Position numbers and translations under genes: made by a program
Notes under the pieces: model-generated
Told to the model about the DNA's origin: nothing
Seen by the model: the letters and a program-made list of their open reading frames with translations, nothing else
Databases searched by the model: none
Assembly: GCA_963781585.1 (NCBI GenBank)
Contig: CAWAGQ010000006.1
Location: 352,001-416,000, forward strand
Length of the DNA: 64,000 bases
Direction of reading: 5' to 3'
Source: an uncultured Gemmatimonadaceae bacterium
GTDB lineage: Bacteria; Gemmatimonadota; Gemmatimonadetes; Gemmatimonadales; Gemmatimonadaceae
Shown here: positions 1 through 7,587 of the stretch, one piece after another
Layout: each line of letters begins with the position of its first letter
Position numbering within the stretch: the first letter of the stretch is position 1

Positions 1-710
1 GCCAGCCTGCGTCCCAGAGCGACGAGTGTTTGTTCGCCGCCTCCGTCTCCCGCCTGCTCCCACTTGCGACCAAGCAGCGCATACAGCCGCTCGCGGCGAC
101 CACGGTACGAGAACCCGAACAGTTTGCGTCGTATCGGGCTCTGCACCGCCGCGAACAATGCCGTGACGTCGGCGGCCGGATCCGGTTGGCCCCTGGGAAC
201 GTCACCGACCACGATCTGCACCATCGCCCGTCCCATCGCGGCGCGCACCGCCTCGATGTTGGGGACCGGCCGCGCGAATGCAGCCCGCACGTGCTCCAGG
301 ATCGTTTTCGCGAATTGGTGCGGATGACCGGTCTCCAGCACGTGTTCGTTGAACGGCCGCAGGAGCAACCAGGATTCTCCGTCGGCGATCGTGAGCGCGC
401 CGGGAGCGAGGAACGCCATCGCGCTCGCCTTGAGCGCTCCTGCCGGATATCCTTCGAAACCGGGCCGGCCGGCGAGCACGCTTTCGGAGCGCTCCGGATC
501 CGTGACGAGCTCGACGGTCCGCCCGAAGATGCCGAACTCCGGGTCCGCGCCGCCGGGGCGGTTCGTGAGGGCGCGCGCCCACTCGCACACGGCCGAACCT
601 GCGTCGGCGCGCCTTCCCCGAAGCGCGTTCGCGGCCAGCCTCACGCCCAGCCGCAGTGCGTCGAGCACACCCGCTCTCGCGGGGGCGCGCGCCGCTCCAC
701 CGCTGGTCAC
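1..710 (-). CDS. Putative cytochrome P450, N-terminal part (runs off the window start; absent from the ORF track)
   Basis: Manual translation: GTG at 710, 236 open codons to the window edge (MTSGGAARAP...ELVTDPERSESVL...AMAFLAPGALTIADGESWLLLRPFNEHVL...RERLYALLGRKW...TLVALGRRL). LVTDPE and LTIADGESWxxxR resemble P450 B/C-helix motifs. The heme Cys motif would lie outside the window. Confidence 0.55.
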   Translation of the reverse strand, partial: MTSGGAARAPARAGVLDALRLGVRLAANALRGRRADAGSAVCEWARALTNRPGGADPEFGIFGRTVELVTDPERSESVLAGRPGFEGYPAGALKASAMAFLAPGALTIADGESWLLLRPFNEHVLETGHPHQFAKTILEHVRAAFARPVPNIEAVRAAMGRAMVQIVVGDVPRGQPDPAADVTALFAAVQSPIRRKLFGFSYRGRRERLYALLGRKWEQAGDGGGEQTLVALGRRL

Positions 711-711
711 G

Positions 712-3606
712 CTACGGCTTCCGGAAAGCCGAATCCGCCTCCGCGCCCTTTCGGGCCTTCCATTGAAGCGAGTAGTAGCTCCCGCGATCGCGGCCCCAGG
801 GATCGAAGGCGTTCACCACGCCGCTCAGCTCGTCCTTGAGCTCCGGCATCGTCCGCAGCAGGATCCGCTTGAGCGGACTCACGACCTCATCGTGTCCGTT
901 CGGCCGCCCAGCCTCCTTCACCACACCGGTCGGTCCGTTGTTGGTGACCCACTCCACGCCGAGGCTCGTGTAGAACTCGGGTCGAAAGCTCGACGTGAAG
1001 AAGCGGTCGCTGAACAGCCGCCGCGACGCGTTGATGATGAACACGCTGAACTGGGTTTCGGAGATCGCAAATCCGTGCGGGCGCGCGGCCTCGGCGAGAA
1101 AACCCACCACCACGTCGAGGTCCTCGATGTTGTCCACCACGCTGCCGTCGGGGTGACCGAGACAATCGGTGACCGGCTTGCCGTCGATATTCTGCGCCGC
1201 CGTGATCGGCTTCGAGTCGTCGCACTGATGCGTCCCGTAGATGTCCCTGAGCTTCTTCACATATCCCTGCTCGCGCTGAATCTCGAGCGAATCGGCGGTG
1301 TGCGGGTCGAGGCGCCGATCGACGAAGTCGTCGAAGCTGGTCAGGCTCCTGAGGCCGTACTGCCGGCGGAATTCGTTGAACCGCGGAACGCCGCGTTCCC
1401 GGTCGCGGATGATGTCGAGCGCCGCCACGTCGATCTGGCCCGTCTTGCTGGCGGTGATTCTCGGCATGGGCAGGTTCTGGAGGAACTGCGGATGATTGCC
1501 CAGGGTGAGCGCGCCAAGGCGTTGACGCCCCATCGTGACCGCCCAGTTGGAGAGACCGCCCTCGTGCTCGTTCCGGGTCGCGAGCCCGCGGAACGTCGAG
1601 ACCACCGGCACCATCCGCTCCACGGTGTTCGGTTCGTGCCGGTCGCGGAACTCGAGGAGGTCGGGGACCAGGGGGTGAAGCCGGTAGACCGTGATGAACT
1701 CCTCGGGGAAGTTGAACGGCGAGCCGAAATGATTCACGCCGCCGTTCACATCGTCCGGGTTCCTGATGTCCCAGATGTCCTTCGCGTTCGGGTCGAGGCC
1801 AAGAAAGTTGCCGTGGTTGGCGTACTTGTGGCTTCCCAGGCCCATGATCCCGGCGCCCGACGCGAATACGGAATACCACGTGGTCTGGTCGGATTCCTTC
1901 ACGGACTTGCCCTTGAGGTCCACCGCCACCTTGTCGAGCACCCGGGAGACGAGGTTGTCGCTTCTGATCAGCCCGAACCAGTTGGCGTTCATCGCGGTGT
2001 ACAACGGTTCGTCGTACAGCAGCTGCGTGGTCCACTCAATGGTGTGGATCTTCGCGATCTCCGCGGCCACGACGAGCCGGGCCGCCTGGTACAGCTGCTC
2101 CGGCGTCACGTCGCGATTTCGACTCACGAGTTCCGGATGTGCCGGATCGCGAAGGCCCGAGTCGCCATCGGGGTCGGCGGCCGTGCGCCGGCGGAATTCG
2201 TCGACGAACTGGTTGTGCTCGCGCGCGAACACGTTGTGCAGGAAGCTGAGCCCGATCGACCAGTTGTCGGGAAAGGCCACCGATTCCTGCCCGGCCCACT
2301 GGGGATTGATCGGATCGCCCGCGGCGAACGTCGGGAGATACCCCTGGCGATCGCCCTCGGCGGTGTCGCCCGGGATCCGCACCATCAGCAGCTTCGCCGA
2401 ATCGCCTGGATCCCGCTTCACCCGGTGCGCCGACCGATCGCTGTATCCGTAGATCTGCGACGCATCCCACCACGCCGTGTTGGTGTTGCGCGTGGTCTCC
2501 GGTGCGCGCGCGAGATACGCCTGGCCGTTGTGCTCGAACGTGGGTGCCGGCGTGTTTTGCGCGATGATCGCCTTGTCCATCCGGTCGCCCGGACGGCATC
2601 CGAGCGCCGTCACCTCGGCTGGTGTGAGATCGCGCACCGAGTCTCCGTCACGGGTGGTCTTGCAGCCGACCTCCATGGTCGCCGGGTCGTTCTGGCCCTC
2701 GTCCAGGTGCGAGAACCAGTCGTGCGTCATGAACTGGATCCAGAACGCCGCAATGACGTTGAAGAACGGCGCCTTGATGTAGTCGCAGTGCGCGTCGGGA
2801 CCCGAATTGGTTCCCGCCTGGCAGCGCTCCGGCGCCGACTGCTGGCGCGTGAACAACTCGCGGCTTATCACTTGGGGATCGGGCCGCAGGAGTCCGATGC
2901 GGTCCCCATGCCGGTTCCTGACGAGCGGGTTCGCACCGAGAAGCGGAAACGTTTCGTCGAACGGCACGTTGCGCGCGAACAGGGTATTGGTCGAACCCAT
3001 CAGCGGGTTCTTGATGTCGTTGCAGATCCCGCTAAGAGTGCGATGGCGGATGAGCTCCCCGCTGCACACCTGAGGGCCACCGCCGCCCACGTCCTTGTAG
3101 TGCGGATCGCTCGGCGGAAGGCGCATCGCCGGCCAGACCTTGACCGAGCGGCCATGGATCGTACCGAGACCGCTGACGTAATCCTGATACGTGTTGTTGT
3201 CGAACAGGTTGAACTTGATCATCTCGATGCGCTGGTACTCGAGATCGAGCAGCGCCCCGTCGAGCCCACGGCCGTTTCGGGACAGATGGCCGAAGAGCGG
3301 TGAGCTGGATCGTGATGTCGAGTCGCCGGCGCCCCAATAGTTCGACCAGTCAACCCAGGGCGTCCCCCGCTGGGCCACGGCCCTCTCCCCGCCACGGCAG
3401 AGGGCCGTGAATTCCTTCACCTTGCCGAGGAACCGGTCCGCCCGGTTGTCCGCGATCGGGCGGAATCCCGAGACGGCCAGCTGCCGGCAGCCACGCAGCG
3501 ATCGCACCTCGGCACGGAGATTCGGCGACACGGCGATTATCGCGGCCGGGACGACGACCAGAACACCGATGAGAACGATGAGCGTGCGCGTGATTCGACG
3601 CTTCAT
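712..3606 (-). CDS. Heme peroxidase/dioxygenase of the peroxidase-cyclooxygenase superfamily, fatty-acid alpha-dioxygenase-like, with N-terminal signal anchor
   Basis: FWIQFMTHDWFSH (distal His), WWDASQIYG, AKIHTIEWT, EEFITVYRLHPLVPD (catalytic Tyr and proximal His), RDRERGVPRFNEFRR, FAISETQF...SRRLFSDRFFT; hydrophobic N-terminus MKRRITRTLIVLIGVLVVVPAAIIA. Confidence 0.9.
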   Translation of the reverse strand: MKRRITRTLIVLIGVLVVVPAAIIAVSPNLRAEVRSLRGCRQLAVSGFRPIADNRADRFLGKVKEFTALCRGGERAVAQRGTPWVDWSNYWGAGDSTSRSSSPLFGHLSRNGRGLDGALLDLEYQRIEMIKFNLFDNNTYQDYVSGLGTIHGRSVKVWPAMRLPPSDPHYKDVGGGGPQVCSGELIRHRTLSGICNDIKNPLMGSTNTLFARNVPFDETFPLLGANPLVRNRHGDRIGLLRPDPQVISRELFTRQQSAPERCQAGTNSGPDAHCDYIKAPFFNVIAAFWIQFMTHDWFSHLDEGQNDPATMEVGCKTTRDGDSVRDLTPAEVTALGCRPGDRMDKAIIAQNTPAPTFEHNGQAYLARAPETTRNTNTAWWDASQIYGYSDRSAHRVKRDPGDSAKLLMVRIPGDTAEGDRQGYLPTFAAGDPINPQWAGQESVAFPDNWSIGLSFLHNVFAREHNQFVDEFRRRTAADPDGDSGLRDPAHPELVSRNRDVTPEQLYQAARLVVAAEIAKIHTIEWTTQLLYDEPLYTAMNANWFGLIRSDNLVSRVLDKVAVDLKGKSVKESDQTTWYSVFASGAGIMGLGSHKYANHGNFLGLDPNAKDIWDIRNPDDVNGGVNHFGSPFNFPEEFITVYRLHPLVPDLLEFRDRHEPNTVERMVPVVSTFRGLATRNEHEGGLSNWAVTMGRQRLGALTLGNHPQFLQNLPMPRITASKTGQIDVAALDIIRDRERGVPRFNEFRRQYGLRSLTSFDDFVDRRLDPHTADSLEIQREQGYVKKLRDIYGTHQCDDSKPITAAQNIDGKPVTDCLGHPDGSVVDNIEDLDVVVGFLAEAARPHGFAISETQFSVFIINASRRLFSDRFFTSSFRPEFYTSLGVEWVTNNGPTGVVKEAGRPNGHDEVVSPLKRILLRTMPELKDELSGVVNAFDPWGRDRGSYYSLQWKARKGAEADSAFRKP

Positions 3607-4050
3607 GGATTGCCTCTCCGTACGGGGGTTGGTGCAATCCGATCACATGGCTCGCGGGACGACGGGTCGGTTCGCGCCAGCCGAGGTCAGCAAACGGTGT
3701 GATCTTACATGCCGAATGAAGAAAACGCGATTCGCGTGATCACCGGTCGTCAGAGGATGCGAACTCCGTGCCTTGGTGCGGTGGCGTGCGGGCAAGGTCG
3801 AGCTCGCCGGTTGGAGATCTACTGCTGCACAGAGGTGCCTGTCGAGTTACAGCTGAGCCGGCCACGCGAAGGCTGGTGCTGCCCGCTGATGGCTGACCGC
3901 TGAGAACTGAGCGCTGTCGACTGACGGCACGCACGGCAGTCTTTGGGTCTTGCCGCCGAGCCCGTGATTACACAAAGTGTGCTCGTTGGGACGTGGTTCG
4001 GTCACGGGAACAGTTCCGGAGGATTTCGGCGACGCTGCAGCACAGCATCC

Positions 4051-5034
4051 GTGCCACAGCCTGAAAAGCCGCCCGCCAAGCGGGTCGAAAGCCTCGGGGA
4101 CTACGTCGCCTTGTGGCCGCTGCTCGGGTTGTTCATCGGAGGCGGCGCGTGGCTCAAGGCGCACGCGCACGGATTCGTGGAGTCGGGCGGACTGGTGCTT
4201 GCGGCACTGGGTGGCGCGGGATTCCTCTGGAACCTGGTGCCGGAAGAGACGCGCAAGAAAGCACGTCTCGACTTCGGGCAGCACCTGAAGTCGCGGCGCC
4301 TGGCCCGAGGGGCGTGGTGGGCGTTAGGCGTGGCGCTGGTGGTGTCGATGTTTGTGTCGAGCGTGCACGTGACGGCGGCGAAGGCCGGAGCGCCGGTCCG
4401 GGTCTTCCGGATGAACGGCTCGGTTGACGGTGCGAGCAGCGTAGGCGGGGAACGCGAGCTTTCCAGTTCGGAACCGTCGGCGAGTTTTCTGGTGTTGATC
4501 CCACCGATTGGGCGGCGCCAGTGGCTGCGGACGGAGACGGAGGAGCGATCACGGGAGTTCCGCCTGTTCCCGTTCCTTCCGCGGACGCTTCTCTATCCGG
4601 AGGACTTCAGTGCGAACATCGCCGCGGAGGTGCTTCCGATGGGAAGCTTCATTCCGGACTTCGGGGGGCCCCAGCCGCTCCGGCTGCTGGTGCGGGCGGA
4701 CGGAGGGCGAGGTGACACCTTGGCGGTCGATTCTCTGGTCCGGATCGAAACGCTGGTCCTCTCGGTGGCGGGGGCGGCGCATCCCGACACCGCGCTGGCG
4801 CGACCGCGATGGGTTGCGGCGGTGCGCCGCCAGTTCGGTGTCGATGAACGCGACGCGGAGGATCAGGTGAGGGACTGGATGCGCTTCCGGGAGGTGCGAA
4901 CCCGGCGCGCATTGAAGGCGGGCGAGACGATCGGCATCGTCGTGCTTTCGCCGGTCGGGGACACGGTGGCGGCGGACACGGTCACTCTTTCGGCGGTCTT
5001 TTCCGATGTCATACTCCGACGTCGCACGAACTAG
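4051..5034 (+). CDS. Hypothetical membrane protein (about 3 N-terminal TM segments plus soluble C-terminal domain)
   Basis: ORF 3943..5034; start placed at GTG 4051 (uncertain). Hydrophobic stretches VALWPLLGLFIGGGAW, GGLVLAALGGAGFLW, AWWALGVALVVSMFV. Confidence 0.6.
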   Translation: MPQPEKPPAKRVESLGDYVALWPLLGLFIGGGAWLKAHAHGFVESGGLVLAALGGAGFLWNLVPEETRKKARLDFGQHLKSRRLARGAWWALGVALVVSMFVSSVHVTAAKAGAPVRVFRMNGSVDGASSVGGERELSSSEPSASFLVLIPPIGRRQWLRTETEERSREFRLFPFLPRTLLYPEDFSANIAAEVLPMGSFIPDFGGPQPLRLLVRADGGRGDTLAVDSLVRIETLVLSVAGAAHPDTALARPRWVAAVRRQFGVDERDAEDQVRDWMRFREVRTRRALKAGETIGIVVLSPVGDTVAADTVTLSAVFSDVILRRRTN

Positions 5035-5917
5035 CGCGTTCGCCGGGGCGCTGGCGCTGCTGGCGTTAGGCGCGCCGGCGCACGCACGGCGGTTTGCGCC
5101 GCCCGCGCGCCAGGCAGTTGCCCTGGAGCTGCGCATCGACGCCGAATCGTATCGCCGGCGCCTGCACGACGAGACCTGCTCGCAGGTCTGTCGCACCCTC
5201 GAGGAGAGCCTGACCGACTCGGTGCGCGTGCTTCTCCAGCGCTCCTACGGATTCTTCGACTGGGGGGCGGCCGGGGCGCGCGACACGGTGGTGATCCGAT
5301 GGGTCGAGCGGGCGCCGCCGGAGCTCCCGGGCAGCCAGCTCGACCTGCGGATCGACGGCCCGGTTCCGCGCATGAATCCGTCGCATATCTCGATCGATTT
5401 CGATCGATACGTGGACTTCAGCCGTCGTGAGGCGAAGCCGGCGGCGTGGGAACCTGCATCGCTGGAACGGGAGTGGGCGGCCCGGTTGGCGTCGCCCTCG
5501 ACCCTGCTGTCTCCCGATCTGCTGGTGGCGGTGTTCGGACGAATCCCGATCGCGGCGTCGGCGACCTTTCCGCGCCCCGGATTCGCCGAAGTGACGGTGC
5601 GACCCGAGGACGTCGCGGCTGCCGCGGACACCCGGCCGGTGTTCTCCGTGCACACCACGATCACCGATCCTGCGGCGAACACGGCCGATGACGCGGAGCT
5701 GATTCTCCACAAGTGCAAGACCACGATCGCGCACACCGGCTACGCGTGCGAGGTGCTGCTGGCCCAGTATCCCTCCGATCGTGTCACCGGGCAGCCGCTG
5801 GTCGCGCTGCTGGGACGGGCGCGGATTGCGATCCACAGCGTCCACGTTGTGGAGTTCGTGTCGCAGGGGCAGCAGTCCCGCTTCAGCGGAATCCTCCCGA
5901 CGGAGGGACTGCCATGA
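5006..5917 (+). CDS. Hypothetical exported protein
   Basis: Signal-peptide-like AFAGALALLALGAPAHA; overlaps the upstream gene and has an ATGA overlap with the downstream gene. Confidence 0.6.
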   Translation: MSYSDVARTSAFAGALALLALGAPAHARRFAPPARQAVALELRIDAESYRRRLHDETCSQVCRTLEESLTDSVRVLLQRSYGFFDWGAAGARDTVVIRWVERAPPELPGSQLDLRIDGPVPRMNPSHISIDFDRYVDFSRREAKPAAWEPASLEREWAARLASPSTLLSPDLLVAVFGRIPIAASATFPRPGFAEVTVRPEDVAAAADTRPVFSVHTTITDPAANTADDAELILHKCKTTIAHTGYACEVLLAQYPSDRVTGQPLVALLGRARIAIHSVHVVEFVSQGQQSRFSGILPTEGLP

Positions 5918-7587
5918 GGCTTTTCGCGGATTGCCGATGGGTCGCTCGCCGCGGGTCTGCGGCCTCCGGCCTCCGTCCGGTGGCCAGTGGCCGGCGGCGT
6001 CTGGCCTCCGGCCTCGGATACTGTCTCCCGGGGCTTCTGGCCGTCGCACTCGCCGCCGCCCCCGCAGCCGCGCAGGGGGGCGATTTCAGGCAGACGCTGG
6101 CCGGCGCCCGCCGGATGCTCGAGCGGGGTGACTTCCGGAACGCCGAAGGCGTCTACGCCGACGTGCTGCGGATGCTGCCGGAATCGGACAGCATCCTGCG
6201 GGCGGCCGCGCACTTCGGACGCGCGTTCGCGGCCCAGCAGCTGCTGGTCACCGGCGACACTGTGGACCGTCGCGTCGACGCCGACAGTATCGTCCGCGAC
6301 TATCGTCAGGCAGCCGCGCTCAACCGCGAGGCGTTAGGCGCCGCAGCAACCAACAACATCGCTGTCGTCCTTGGCGAACTCGGACGCCACCTCGATGCCG
6401 CGCACCTGTTCCTGGCACTGGCCGGCGTGAACGGCGCCGAGCGCTCGTCGCACTACGCGCAGGCAGGACGCGAGTTCGACCGCGGCGGCAACTCCGATTC
6501 GGCGACCTGGGCGTTTCGACGATCGCTGGAATTCGACCGGAACAACGGCGAAGCGCTGCGCGCGCTGCTGGACCTGCTGGTGCGATCGCGGCCGGCGTCG
6601 GAGGTGCTGAAGCTGACCACCCAGTACACGGATAGTGCGAGCGCACGCGATGTGAGCTCGGCCCTGGTCTCGCTCCTGGTGCGTCCCGGAGACCCCCTGG
6701 AGAAGGAAGATGCGACCGAAGCGATGGTCCAGCTGGCGCGCACCTGGCCCCGCATGCGCATGGGGACGCCGTACTTCGACGTGGCGCTCCGCGAGCCCCT
6801 CACCCAGGCCGTCGAGCGTCAACCGTCGGTGAAAGGGGGCCTGCTGGCGATGATCGAGGCGTACACGCTTCGGCCGTCGAACGCGCCGTTCCGGGAATCC
6901 GCCAGCGCGCACTGGTGGCACACCGACGACGGGCGGCCCGACGGGAAGAGTGCGGCGTGGAGCACCCTGCTGCGATCGATCGGCGACTGGCTCAACCAGC
7001 AGGGCTCGCTGGCCGTGGCGCGAAGCTACTACGAGGCCGCGGTCGGATTGCACGAGGGGTCATTGAACTCTCCGTCGATCGACCGGAGCGCCCTCCTCCC
7101 GCTTGCCCTCATCTACGCCCAGCAGGCCGACACCGCCAGCTCGTCCAGGCTCCACGATGATCTGCGGCAGTTCACGGAGATCATCTTCAGCGCGAAGGGC
7201 CAGGCATACCGGACTGGTGACCTGGAGCAGATTCGCATCTTCCACATGACCCTTGGCGCGCTTTACGCGGCGCGCGGCGACTGGACCGGTCCCGGCGCCC
7301 AGAATGCGGAGTTTCAGCTCGAGCACATGCGGCAGGCAACACGTGCTCTCGGTGAGGCCTCGTCGGCGAAGGTGACCGACCCGCCCGATCTCCTCGAGAA
7401 GCTGGCCATTCATTATAAGGGGCGTGGACGGGCCGATCTGGCGAACAGCGTGAAGCAGGACCTGGTCCGCCAGCTCCAGAGTCTGGGCCGCGCGGAAGAG
7501 GCGGCGGCCGCGGCCCGGCGCATCGATGCCGTCCGTCCGGCTCCCGAGATCCGACATCTCCTCGGCAGGGCGGAGGGCGCACGGTGA
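5914..7587 (+). CDS. Exported TPR/helical-repeat protein
   Basis: ATG 5914 overlaps the upstream stop. Signal-like LLAVALAAAPAAAQG; TPR-like helices (GDFRNAEGVYADVL, NNIAVVLGELGRHLDAAHLF, GSLAVARSYYEAAV). Confidence 0.65.
   Translation: MRLFADCRWVARRGSAASGLRPVASGRRRLASGLGYCLPGLLAVALAAAPAAAQGGDFRQTLAGARRMLERGDFRNAEGVYADVLRMLPESDSILRAAAHFGRAFAAQQLLVTGDTVDRRVDADSIVRDYRQAAALNREALGAAATNNIAVVLGELGRHLDAAHLFLALAGVNGAERSSHYAQAGREFDRGGNSDSATWAFRRSLEFDRNNGEALRALLDLLVRSRPASEVLKLTTQYTDSASARDVSSALVSLLVRPGDPLEKEDATEAMVQLARTWPRMRMGTPYFDVALREPLTQAVERQPSVKGGLLAMIEAYTLRPSNAPFRESASAHWWHTDDGRPDGKSAAWSTLLRSIGDWLNQQGSLAVARSYYEAAVGLHEGSLNSPSIDRSALLPLALIYAQQADTASSSRLHDDLRQFTEIIFSAKGQAYRTGDLEQIRIFHMTLGALYAARGDWTGPGAQNAEFQLEHMRQATRALGEASSAKVTDPPDLLEKLAIHYKGRGRADLANSVKQDLVRQLQSLGRAEEAAAAARRIDAVRPAPEIRHLLGRAEGAR

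Noticed and set aside
349..3303. 984-aa + strand ORF and other long antisense ORFs (e.g. 8433..10121, 16888..18312, 44312..46036, 48398..50317, 51147..53660)
   Set aside because: Shadow frames opposite well-supported genes, expected at high GC; no recognisable motifs.
3885..3930. Degenerate GCTGANN heptamer run (gctgatg gctgacc gctgaga actgagc)
   Set aside because: Only about four imperfect units, no spacers; not CRISPR and too weak to call.
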